Source: a virus (lineage: Duplodnaviria > Heunggongvirae > Uroviricota > Caudoviricetes). From it: DNA of 64,000 nt. The number at the start of each line of letters is the position of its first letter. Positions within the stretch are counted from its first letter, which is position 1. The notes beneath the pieces were generated by a model that made no database searches, was not told the DNA's origin, and saw only the letters and a list, made by a program, of their open reading frames with translations. The translations under genes and the position numbers were made by a program. The stretch is from IMG/VR virus record IMGVR_UViG_3300042559_001801; one strand, given 5' to 3'. Shown in pieces: positions 1 to 7,678 of the stretch.

Positions 1-14
1 TTCGGAGTTGAAGA

Positions 15-134
15 ATGACACACCATGATTGGTTATTACTAATGTGCCTGGCGATTGGATGGCTACAGGGTCTGTATATTGGATGGTTAGTGTGGCGTAG
101 ACCACAATTGAAATATCACGGAGTTGACCCATGA
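15..134 (+). CDS. micro-ORF, 39-aa hydrophobic (single TM-like) peptide
   Basis: ATG at 15 is preceded by GGAGTTGA (4-11). The product is hydrophobic (MTHHDWLLLMCLAIGWLQGLYIGWLVW...). Its stop TGA (132-134) overlaps the next ATG (131-133). The ORF is below the track cutoff, so the call rests on the repeated RBS context. Confidence 0.3.
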   Translation: MTHHDWLLLMCLAIGWLQGLYIGWLVWRRPQLKYHGVDP

Positions 135-199
135 TTGAACTATTGGCCCTTGTGTGTGTAATTGGTCCCACTGTAGTTGTCTACTACTTGGGCAAATAA
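131..199 (+). CDS. micro-ORF, 22-aa hydrophobic peptide
   Basis: ATG is preceded by GGAGTTGA (120-127), giving an ATGA overlap with the previous ORF. The product is MIELLALVCVIGPTVVVYYLGK. Confidence 0.2.
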   Translation: MIELLALVCVIGPTVVVYYLGK

Positions 200-219
200 T
201 ATTTTTTTGGAGTTGAACT

Positions 220-396
220 ATGATTAAACTTTGGTTGGCGTTTGCCGTTATTGCTGTTCTCATACACTTCGGCATCACTGCTGTTAGAAAGATGGACGGC
301 AAGGAACAATTGGCCTTGACAAAAAGCATAGGCTATAGTATACTTGTGTCACTGGCAGTGGTCATGGTAATGACAGTGCTGGTAATTTTATTTTAA
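220..396 (+). CDS. small membrane protein, 58 aa (two hydrophobic segments)
   Basis: ATG at 220 is preceded by GGAGTTGA (209-216). The product is MIKLWLAFAVIAVLIHFGITAV...LVSLAVVMVMTVLVILF. The antisense track ORF 87-329 was judged a shadow of this gene. Confidence 0.4.
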   Translation: MIKLWLAFAVIAVLIHFGITAVRKMDGKEQLALTKSIGYSILVSLAVVMVMTVLVILF

Positions 397-405
397 GGAA
401 TCATA

Positions 406-492
406 ATGATTAGTGATTTTTGGATTAGGCCCTTGTATTTTGCTTTGGGCTTTTGGGTGTGTGTTTTACTTTTTTCTACTGGAGTTATCTAA
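406..492 (+). CDS. micro-ORF, 28-aa hydrophobic peptide
   Basis: ATG at 406 follows AGGAATCATA. The product is MISDFWIRPLYFALGFWVCVLLFSTGVI. Its stop TAA (490-492) overlaps the ATG of the SPFH gene (TAATG). Confidence 0.25.
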   Translation: MISDFWIRPLYFALGFWVCVLLFSTGVI

Positions 493-1292
493 TGAATCGT
501 GTTATTAAACTTTCTATCGTGGCTGCGGCTGTGGCTCTTACCAGTGCTTGCACTCGCATTGAAACCGGCGAGGTTGGTGTTCGAGTTGGCTTTGACAAAC
601 AGGTAAAATCTGGCGAACTGTTGCCAGGCTCGTTCAATCAAACCTTGATCGGTGATGTGCTGACATTTCCAATCAAGGATGTTAATGTGAGCTTGGAGAA
701 CATGACTCCTGTGGCCAAAGACAATTCGACCATGAAAGACTTTGATGCTGTTGTGGTCTACAACATCAACCCACAGCAAGTGGCTGAACTATACAGCACC
801 AAGAACAAGAGCTTTCATGCTGAAAGCAAAAGTGGCGACACTCTTGTGATGTATAACTACATTGTGCAGAATGCTCGTAATGCTATCTACAAGGCCGCTC
901 GCAAGTACGAAGCCTTGGACATGGCCGATGCTCGTAGCGACATGGAAAACTTCATCAAGGAAGAAATTGTTCGTAATCTCACCGAAGAAAAACTGGACGG
1001 TTCGATCACTATCAGTCAGGTGCTGATTCGTAATATTGTGCCAGCAGACTCAGTTGTGGCCAGTGCCAACGAACTGGTCAAGGCCAAAAACGAACTCAAA
1101 CAGAAAGAAGTCGAAGTCAAAACTGCCGAAGCTGAAGCTCGACGTATGGCAGCACTGGCCAACAACAGTGCCAGTTCTATTGCGTTCATGCAGGCACAGG
1201 CCATGTTGAATATTTCAGAAGGTATCAAAGCAGGTCGAGTGCAGACCATTGTTGTGCCCAGCAACTTCAACGCACTCATGATGAACAAGTAA
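492..1292 (+). CDS. SPFH/band-7 (HflK/HflC-like) domain lipoprotein
   Basis: Start was moved to ATG 492 (in the frame of track ORF 453-1292), which is preceded by GGAGTTAT. The N-terminus MNRVIKLSIVAAAVALTSAC looks like a signal peptide plus lipobox-like Cys. The body matches SPFH/prohibitin-type sequence (DFDAVVVYNINPQQVAELY...) and ends in a coiled coil. Confidence 0.7.
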   Translation: MNRVIKLSIVAAAVALTSACTRIETGEVGVRVGFDKQVKSGELLPGSFNQTLIGDVLTFPIKDVNVSLENMTPVAKDNSTMKDFDAVVVYNINPQQVAELYSTKNKSFHAESKSGDTLVMYNYIVQNARNAIYKAARKYEALDMADARSDMENFIKEEIVRNLTEEKLDGSITISQVLIRNIVPADSVVASANELVKAKNELKQKEVEVKTAEAEARRMAALANNSASSIAFMQAQAMLNISEGIKAGRVQTIVVPSNFNALMMNK

Positions 1293-1293
1293 C

Positions 1294-1479
1294 ATGCTCT
1301 GGACTCTAGTACTATTCGCATATGTTGGTATGATGAGTGACAAGGATTCCATGGCGCTGACTTCAGTGCCTGGATTCCGAACTCAACAAGAATGTGCGGC
1401 GGCCGGCAAAGCTGCTGAAAAGATGGCCGCTGGAACAACCAAGGTAATGAAATTTACCTGTGTTGAAGTTACTAAATGA
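1294..1479 (+). CDS. hypothetical small protein with N-terminal hydrophobic segment (61 aa)
   Basis: ATG at 1294 lies 2 nt after the previous stop. The N-terminus is hydrophobic and two Cys are present. Confidence 0.4.
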   Translation: MLWTLVLFAYVGMMSDKDSMALTSVPGFRTQQECAAAGKAAEKMAAGTTKVMKFTCVEVTK

Positions 1480-1496
1480 ACAAGTAAGGATCGGCC

Positions 1497-1724
1497 ATGT
1501 ACAAAACAGTTTACAAAGAAGTTGAAGTTGATGTCGACTTGCACGACTTCGACACTGAAGATCTGATTGATGAATTAGAAGAACGCGGAGAACTACCCGC
1601 CAGCACTGGACCATATGATTCTAATGAGCTAGTGCAAAAAATCTGGATGGCTCGCCGAAACGGAAAAGACTATCAATCCCTCTTGGATGATTTGATCTAT
1701 GCTGTAACCGGCCGAATTGTGTAA
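1497..1724 (+). CDS. hypothetical acidic protein (75 aa)
   Basis: ATG at 1497 follows an AAGGA RBS. The stop overlaps the next start (TAATG at 1722-1726). Confidence 0.45.
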   Translation: MYKTVYKEVEVDVDLHDFDTEDLIDELEERGELPASTGPYDSNELVQKIWMARRNGKDYQSLLDDLIYAVTGRIV

Positions 1725-1966
1725 TGGCGACACTGGCCGAATACTTTGCCGAACACAGGCCTACTGCACAATATCACATCGGCGATCGCGTAGAAGGATT
1801 GTTTAACAAAAAAATTCCCTGGGTGGGCACTGTGGGCAGTGATGTCATGCGCAACGAGATTGAAGGTCCAATGGTCAGTGTGCATTTGGACCTTCCGCTA
1901 CGGGTCGACGGCGTAGTGTATCAATATCTTAGAGTCAAATATAAAGAGTTACGACTACGGTCGTAA
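1724..1966 (+). CDS. hypothetical protein (80 aa)
   Basis: The start ATG overlaps the preceding stop (TAATG). Confidence 0.45.
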   Translation: MATLAEYFAEHRPTAQYHIGDRVEGLFNKKIPWVGTVGSDVMRNEIEGPMVSVHLDLPLRVDGVVYQYLRVKYKELRLRS

Positions 1967-2027
1967 CTGCAATAAATCTGCGGGCCATGCCCCTCAGCAG
2001 ATAATTAATACAACAATAGGAAACACA

Positions 2028-2195
2028 ATGGAAATCCAACCCAAAGATACTAGCCGCGGCCATTTTTATGTTAGTCTTGCAAAGAGTGCTATTCGTATTG
2101 TGGCAGGCGGCTGTTTGATTACAGGTAATTTGCTAATGGCGGGTGTTTGCTTTATAATGGCAGAAGTGCTAGGCATTGTGGAGGAACTAGTATAA
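2028..2195 (+). CDS. small hydrophobic protein (55 aa)
   Basis: ATG at 2028 follows AGGAAACACA. The product is MEIQPKDTSRGHFYVSLAKSAIRIVAGGCLITGNLLMAGVCFIMAEVLGIVEELV. Its stop TAA overlaps the ATG of the FkbM gene (TAATG at 2193-2197). It is below the track cutoff. Confidence 0.3.
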   Translation: MEIQPKDTSRGHFYVSLAKSAIRIVAGGCLITGNLLMAGVCFIMAEVLGIVEELV

Positions 2196-3007
2196 TGAAG
2201 AAAACCAACAAACCCACTTTGAAAGAAGTAACCAAAACACGCTACCACAAAAAATTCACTTACTACACCAACGATTCCATAATTGGTCGTAGTCTAAGAT
2301 TGTATGGCGAATATGGTCAGTCGGAAATTGATTTTTTACTTTCCATCATCAACAATATACAAAACAAGCCTGTGGTAGTGTATGATGTGGGTGCCAACAT
2401 TGGTGTTCATGCCACTGCATTTGCCAGCACTGGTGCTGAAGTTCATTGCTTTGAACCCAATCCGTTGAACTTTGCCATGCTGAAACAGAATACCAAAGGA
2501 CTTGCCAATGTCACTTTGCACAACCTAGCAGCTACCAATGTGGCCGGTGACATTTTGATTCAGACATTTGATCCTGAAATTGTGGGCAACTACGGCGAGA
2601 TGCTGATCAACAACGAGACCGGAGTCAGCGCACAGGCAGCACGGTTGGATGATACGGATATACCGCTGCCAAATCTGATTAAAATTGATGCCGAAGGTTC
2701 TGAACTGGGTGTTATACAGGGCTGTCTTGAAAGCATTAAAAAGAACTTGCCATTGATCTACTACGAAGCACAGGAGTCTCCGCACCTGGACAAGATCTAC
2801 CGCATGCTGACCGACATTGGCTATCACTTGTACTGGGGGTGTATTCGCAATTACAATCCTGACAATTTTAAAACCAACGCCGACAACATCTTTGGAAACA
2901 GTGCATTGTTCAGTGTGGTTGCTGTTCCTCCTGGATGGGCCGCTGTGGAAGGATTAGACCCTGTGATTGACGCCAATGACAGCTGGCGGCGCTTTTTATC
3001 TGAATGA
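2195..3007 (+). CDS. FkbM-family SAM-dependent methyltransferase
   Basis: The start was refined to ATG 2195 after a GGAGG RBS (track ORF 2147-3007). Motifs VVYDVGANIGVHATAF...CFEPNP...IKIDAEGSEL are typical of the FkbM methyltransferase domain. Confidence 0.8.
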   Translation: MKKTNKPTLKEVTKTRYHKKFTYYTNDSIIGRSLRLYGEYGQSEIDFLLSIINNIQNKPVVVYDVGANIGVHATAFASTGAEVHCFEPNPLNFAMLKQNTKGLANVTLHNLAATNVAGDILIQTFDPEIVGNYGEMLINNETGVSAQAARLDDTDIPLPNLIKIDAEGSELGVIQGCLESIKKNLPLIYYEAQESPHLDKIYRMLTDIGYHLYWGCIRNYNPDNFKTNADNIFGNSALFSVVAVPPGWAAVEGLDPVIDANDSWRRFLSE

Positions 3008-3032
3008 TCAATTTGCTCTAATTGGCCAAATA

Positions 3033-3070
3033 AGCAGTGAAAAACATTTTCACTGCTGTTTTTTTTATTA
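3033..3070 (+). terminator. rho-independent terminator after the methyltransferase gene
   Basis: A perfect 11-bp stem AGCAGTGAAAA / TTTTCACTGCT (3033-3043 / 3047-3057) with a 3-nt loop is followed by GTTTTTTTTATT. Confidence 0.7.
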
Positions 3071-3079
3071 AATATCTGT

Positions 3080-3283
3080 ATGGAAAATAAAGAAATTACC
3101 ATTGCTGACTTGAATCTGTTGAAAAACATCATAGATCTTGCCAGTACCCGCGGCGCATTTCGTGCAGCGGAAATGAAAGAAGTAGGCGAAGTTTACAACA
3201 AACTCACTGCCTTTTTAGAAGCTGTAGTAGCACAAGCCAAGGCCCAGGAAGAATCCCAGGCCAGTCAAACACAAGGAGAGTAA
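3080..3283 (+). CDS. hypothetical protein (67 aa)
   Basis: Track ORF. ATG at 3080 lies downstream of the terminator. Confidence 0.45.
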   Translation: MENKEITIADLNLLKNIIDLASTRGAFRAAEMKEVGEVYNKLTAFLEAVVAQAKAQEESQASQTQGE

Positions 3284-3285
3284 CA

Positions 3286-4053
3286 ATGGCATTTATGAAA
3301 CACGTTGGTAAACACGGTGATCGCAAGGTCTGCATCGTATACCGTCAGGTCCCCGGAGATGATCACATGTGTCTAGTGATTTATCCAGAAACTCTACACG
3401 CACACTGGCAAGATGCTGTGCAAAAAGTTTTAGAAAGCGACATTGGACAAGCTGCTGAAGAATTTGCAGATGCATTGCATCGCAGTTATCTTCCAGATGG
3501 TCGCCCAATCCTCGAAACATTGCATGTGGAACGAATGATAAAGAAAATTCGCACTGCCGATGTGCTGGTTACACCAACTGGTGCAGCAAAACTTCGTTTA
3601 GATGAACTGAACAAAATGCTGAACGAAATGAAACAAGGCGATGCAGCCATCAAAAGACTGGCAGAGAATGACGCCAGTCGCGGTATGGTTGCTCCTGATG
3701 TCAAACGCAAGGCCGAAGCAGAATACAAAGCAAGTCAAGCAGCCAAGGCTGCACCTGGTTACACTGCTCCACCTGTGTTGCGAGCCGGTGAAAATGGTGT
3801 GTTGAGTGATCGCGATATTGCTTCCAACATGTTGGCACAAGCACAGTCCATGGAAGCCAATGCCAAAGCAATGATTGCTGAAGCAGCCAAAATGAAAAAA
3901 GATGCTGAAAAAATGGACCCAACAGTCAAACGCCCCAGCACTGCCAAGTTAGCGTTTGGCGAAACCCCAGCAAAGGTCGAACAAGCTGCGCCAGCTCGTC
4001 GCACTCGTGGCCCTAACAAAGTCAAGACTGCGGTGGCTGATGGAGCCAAATGA
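3286..4053 (+). CDS. hypothetical protein (255 aa), Ala/Lys-rich C-terminal half
   Basis: ATG at 3286 follows an AAGGAGAG RBS. No family was recognised. Confidence 0.6.
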   Translation: MAFMKHVGKHGDRKVCIVYRQVPGDDHMCLVIYPETLHAHWQDAVQKVLESDIGQAAEEFADALHRSYLPDGRPILETLHVERMIKKIRTADVLVTPTGAAKLRLDELNKMLNEMKQGDAAIKRLAENDASRGMVAPDVKRKAEAEYKASQAAKAAPGYTAPPVLRAGENGVLSDRDIASNMLAQAQSMEANAKAMIAEAAKMKKDAEKMDPTVKRPSTAKLAFGETPAKVEQAAPARRTRGPNKVKTAVADGAK

Positions 4054-4345
4054 CGACTTCATTGCTGCGTGGGAACACATAATTGCTGACATAACAAAAA
4101 CTGACGTTCCACTAGAATGTATCAAAAAGGTAATACTTAAACTACATGGTGGCCGTCAAAAAACTTTCAACTTGAATTCACTTCAGAAGCAAGGTATGAG
4201 CATAGATGAAATTGAAACCATGCTTACTCGTACCTTTTTAGAACTGGATAAAGAAATTAGAGATGTAGATTTTGTTGTGGATGTAGTGGCTGTTGCCAAT
4301 CTTGTTCAACCAGAAACCAATAAAATATTAAACAAACTCAAATGA
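4040..4345 (+). CDS. hypothetical protein (101 aa)
   Basis: The first in-frame ATG (4040) of track ORF 3956-4345 was used. Its stop overlaps the thyX start (ATGA at 4342-4345). Confidence 0.4.
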   Translation: MEPNDDFIAAWEHIIADITKTDVPLECIKKVILKLHGGRQKTFNLNSLQKQGMSIDEIETMLTRTFLELDKEIRDVDFVVDVVAVANLVQPETNKILNKLK

Positions 4346-5034
4346 ATGTTAAACTTGTATCCTACAGTCAGCCAACCGCAGAATTTGCCAACCTGGGCGT
4401 GGGCGATGCCCAAGAGCTCATTGCGTATTGCGCCCGTGTCAGCAATCCTGCCAGTCAAGTCAACACAGAAACAAGTGAGCGACTCATTCGATATTTGGTC
4501 AAACACCAACACTGGAGCCCACTTGAAATGGTCTCGGCCTGTTGTGAAATCGTCACCACCCGCGACATCGCCAGACAGATTCTTCGTCACAGAAGTTTCA
4601 GCTTCCAAGAGTTCTCCCAACGATATGCTGATCCTACAGCTGAACTCGACGAAGCGTTTGTGCTACGTGAGGCACGATTCCAAGACACCAAAAACAGACA
4701 AAACAGCATAGAACTGGACATGGCCGACGAACAGCAAAAGCTGCTGGCATATGAATGGGAACGAGCACAGAAGCGTGTGTTGTTCAGCGTCAAACAAGAA
4801 TACTCCTGGGCCATTGCCAATGGCATTGCCAAAGAACAAGCTCGGGCTGTGCTGCCAGAAGGACTCACTGTGAGTCGCATGTACATGAACGGTACCTTGC
4901 GTAGCTGGATACACTACATGGAATTAAGAAGTGCAAATGGCACACAACGAGAACACATGGACATTGCTCGTGCATGTGCTCAGGCCATTGCAGCAATCTT
5001 CCCTATGACTTCCGCTCTGGTTGCTAGCAACTGA
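4342..5034 (+). CDS. thyX: FAD-dependent thymidylate synthase ThyX
   Basis: The ThyX signature RHRSFSFQEFSQRY (RHR-x7-S) is present. Length is 230 aa. Confidence 0.9.
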   Translation: MNVKLVSYSQPTAEFANLGVGDAQELIAYCARVSNPASQVNTETSERLIRYLVKHQHWSPLEMVSACCEIVTTRDIARQILRHRSFSFQEFSQRYADPTAELDEAFVLREARFQDTKNRQNSIELDMADEQQKLLAYEWERAQKRVLFSVKQEYSWAIANGIAKEQARAVLPEGLTVSRMYMNGTLRSWIHYMELRSANGTQREHMDIARACAQAIAAIFPMTSALVASN

Positions 5035-5054
5035 CTATTGTGCTATACTAGCGT

Positions 5055-5387
5055 ATGGCAATTGTACACAACAAACAAGACGAATACAAGCACCGACGTG
5101 CTGCTGAGACTAAAATCGTAGACGGCAGGCCAGTGCGTTTTCGTGATGTATGTGTGCATACAATTAAAATGGGCGATGTAGAGGATCCGGACATATATGT
5201 TGCTGCACCAATCTGGGAGTGGCAACAAACAAACGCAGGTAAGTTTGTGATGGAGCATGCTGTGGGCAAACCTTACTGGATTCAGCAGCCGGATTACGCA
5301 AGCTACCACCTGTTGTATCGTATCATGGCACGACTCAGCGAACAGAATGAAACATTTTGGAGACTCAAATGGGACGGAATCAAGTGA
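5055..5387 (+). CDS. hypothetical protein (110 aa)
   Basis: Track ORF with ATG at 5055. Confidence 0.5.
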   Translation: MAIVHNKQDEYKHRRAAETKIVDGRPVRFRDVCVHTIKMGDVEDPDIYVAAPIWEWQQTNAGKFVMEHAVGKPYWIQQPDYASYHLLYRIMARLSEQNETFWRLKWDGIK

Positions 5388-5665
5388 TAGAGTATATTGA
5401 TGCAGAAGTGTATGCCGTTGCAGAAGTCATGCCAAGGTCACCTGTGCGGAAACAGGTATGGAATGGTGAACGGTTTGTGCCAATCCTATTGTACAGGATA
5501 AAAGGATATCCAGGCATGGCTGCAGAAAACTGGTTGCTGAAAAATTTTGGTCACGCAGGAATACATCGAGACGGAACATACTGGGACTACAGCAGCGCCG
5601 GGGACTTTATGTTGATGGATGAAAAAGTATATACATGGTATCAAATGAAATGGGGCAACCGATGA
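5369..5665 (+). CDS. hypothetical protein (98 aa)
   Basis: ATG at 5369 is a later start within track ORF 5357-5665. Its stop TGA (5663-5665) overlaps the epimerase ATG (ATGA). Confidence 0.4.
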   Translation: MGRNQVIEYIDAEVYAVAEVMPRSPVRKQVWNGERFVPILLYRIKGYPGMAAENWLLKNFGHAGIHRDGTYWDYSSAGDFMLMDEKVYTWYQMKWGNR

Positions 5666-6630
5666 AAGTATTAATAACTGGCGGACTAGGACTGATCGGA
5701 CACAATGTGGCAGCTCGTTTGCAGCAGCGTGAAGACACTGTAAGCATTGTGGATAGTCAAACCACCTACGGTATTATTCCGCGTGAAGAAGTTGACTATT
5801 TGATCGGTGAGCGTCTTAAAAAACTAGCACCGTGTAGTCACTATCATGACTACATTGAAAATGCAGATCGCATGGATGCCATTGTTGCTGCTGAAACTCC
5901 AGAAGTGATCATACACTGTGCCAGCTTTCCCAGACAAAAAGTAGTCAATGCTAACCCTGCATACGCTGCTGATGTCATGATGCGTGGCTTGATCAATCTG
6001 CTTGAGAGTGCCAAAAAGCACAAGGTCAAGAGATTTGTGTACATGTCCAGCAGCATGGTCTACGGTGATTTTACAGATCAAGTGCTGGAAGATGACGAAT
6101 GCAGACCGCAAGGGCAATATGGCATCATGAAGTTGGCAGGAGAATGGTTGGTCAAGGACTATGCTCGCAGAACCGGCATGGAGTATGTGATACTTCGGCC
6201 CAGTGCTGTGTACGGACCTCTTGATGTGGAGGATCGTGTGGTGGCCAAGTTCATGCTGACAGCCATGCGTGGCGGTGTGCTGAAAGTCAACGGTGCAGGC
6301 GAAACACTGGACTTTACCTATGTGGATGATGCTGCGGATGGTGTGGTTGCTGCTGCAACTAGAATCATGAGTGCTAACCGAACATACAACATTACCAAAT
6401 CACATTCAGTGAGCCTGTTACAAGCAGCCGAAATGATTGTGAAGATTGTGGGCAAGGGCACTATTGAATGTCGCGATAAAGATGCAGACTTTCCCAGCCG
6501 CGGAGCACTGAACATTGATCGTGCAAGAGCCATCCTGGGCTTTGATCCCCGAGTAGACGTTGAACAAGGATTCCAAAATTACTATGAGTGGCTTTCAAAT
6601 AGCGTTTACTGGTCTACAAAGACAGTATAA
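5662..6630 (+). CDS. NAD-dependent epimerase/dehydratase (extended SDR family, UDP-sugar epimerase-like)
   Basis: Start is ATG 5662 by ATGA coupling. A Rossmann motif VLITGGLGLIGHNV and the YxxxK catalytic dyad (YGIMK) are present. YMSSSMVYG is typical of sugar epimerases. Confidence 0.8.
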   Translation: MKVLITGGLGLIGHNVAARLQQREDTVSIVDSQTTYGIIPREEVDYLIGERLKKLAPCSHYHDYIENADRMDAIVAAETPEVIIHCASFPRQKVVNANPAYAADVMMRGLINLLESAKKHKVKRFVYMSSSMVYGDFTDQVLEDDECRPQGQYGIMKLAGEWLVKDYARRTGMEYVILRPSAVYGPLDVEDRVVAKFMLTAMRGGVLKVNGAGETLDFTYVDDAADGVVAAATRIMSANRTYNITKSHSVSLLQAAEMIVKIVGKGTIECRDKDADFPSRGALNIDRARAILGFDPRVDVEQGFQNYYEWLSNSVYWSTKTV

Positions 6631-7678
6631 CAATCTCAGAGAGGAGATACTGGATGCAACGGACCAGGTTCTAGCATCTGGCAATCTCATGAACGGCCAG
6701 TTCACTCAACAGTTTGAGGAATGGTTGGCTCAAAAGAATCATACCAATTATGCAGTACTGTGTCATTCAGGAACGCAGGCCTTGGAAATACTTGCTGGCT
6801 ATTACCGCCCAGGCCGCACAGAGCATAAGCTGTATCTCCAGACAACCCCGCCCACAATATTGATTCCTGCCATGACGTTCCCTGCTAGTGCAAATGCATT
6901 TGTACGAGCAGGGTGGAACATACACTTGATTGACACTGATGCATATGGCAACATGAAATTCAGTAACATTCCGCCGGATCTGGATTACCAAGCTATACTT
7001 GGCATTGGATTGTATGGTTCAGCATTGCACGACAGTCTACGCCGTATTAGGCCGTTGATAATTGAAGATGCAGCACAACACTGGTTATCTAACAATTGCC
7101 ATCGTGTGGGCGAAGCTAGTGCTATCAGTTTTGATCCCATGAAAAATCTAAACAACTACGGCAACGGTGGTGCTGTGGTCACAGACGATCATAATCTATG
7201 TGACTATGCCCGTAACTGGTGTGACAACGGCAAACGATCTGGTCATACACAAACAGGCACTAACTCACGCATGAGTGAAGTAGACTGTGCGCAAATGATG
7301 GTCAAGACTGTGTACCTGGCTCAATGGCAAGCTCGCAGAGAAAGCATTGCACGGCGTTACATAGCGGCATTTCGAGATGCACCGTTCCGTTGTCTAATTG
7401 ACGACTCAAATGTGTTCGCTCACTGTTTCCACAAGTTTGTCATTGACACCAGCAATCGAGATCAATTACAAGTTGATCTACAGTCTGCGGGCATAGAGAC
7501 TCGGGTGCATTATAAACATCCACTACACGAACTAGATGCATATCAACAGTATGCTGGGCCCAGTCTTCTCAGTGCTGCAAGTTCATTGAGTAGACGAGCG
7601 CTGAGTTTACCAATTTATCCTGAGTTAACGGATAGTGAAGTGGACTATGTTATAGATCAGGTACTAAGCTGCGTTTGA
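6584..7678 (+). CDS. DegT/DnrJ/EryC1/StrS-family PLP-dependent sugar aminotransferase
   Basis: The first ATG (6584) was used; the track start at 6560 is TTG. The N-terminus MSGFQIAFTGLQRQY...VLASGNLMNGQFTQQFEEWLA...HSGTQAL is DegT-like. The SFDPMKNL motif supplies the PLP-binding lysine. The gene overlaps the epimerase 3' end by 47 nt. Confidence 0.8.
   Translation: MSGFQIAFTGLQRQYNNLREEILDATDQVLASGNLMNGQFTQQFEEWLAQKNHTNYAVLCHSGTQALEILAGYYRPGRTEHKLYLQTTPPTILIPAMTFPASANAFVRAGWNIHLIDTDAYGNMKFSNIPPDLDYQAILGIGLYGSALHDSLRRIRPLIIEDAAQHWLSNNCHRVGEASAISFDPMKNLNNYGNGGAVVTDDHNLCDYARNWCDNGKRSGHTQTGTNSRMSEVDCAQMMVKTVYLAQWQARRESIARRYIAAFRDAPFRCLIDDSNVFAHCFHKFVIDTSNRDQLQVDLQSAGIETRVHYKHPLHELDAYQQYAGPSLLSAASSLSRRALSLPIYPELTDSEVDYVIDQVLSCV

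Noticed and set aside
87-329. Antisense track ORFs such as 87-329, 489-779, 1016-1438 and the many plus-strand ORFs inside 31086-45533 (for example 41328-41942, 49470-50180, 55353-55883)
   Set aside because: They lie opposite better-supported genes with recognisable domains or coupled starts. They are typical shadow ORFs of coding sequence, and none shows a motif.
2147-3007. Longer track starts for several genes (2147 for FkbM, 453 for SPFH, 5635 for epimerase, 6560 for DegT, 23120 and 18149 and 56262 and 25819 for minus-strand genes)
   Set aside because: The upstream extensions begin at TTG or GTG codons or overlap the preceding gene extensively. The first ATG with an SD or an ATGA/TAATG coupling gives a cleaner model.
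3061-3080. TTAAATA immediately upstream of ATG 3080 and TAAATA 5 nt before ATGs at 31069 and 49381 as late promoters
   Set aside because: They are too close to the start codon (5-6 nt) to leave room for a transcription start and RBS. They are more likely A/T-rich RBS context.
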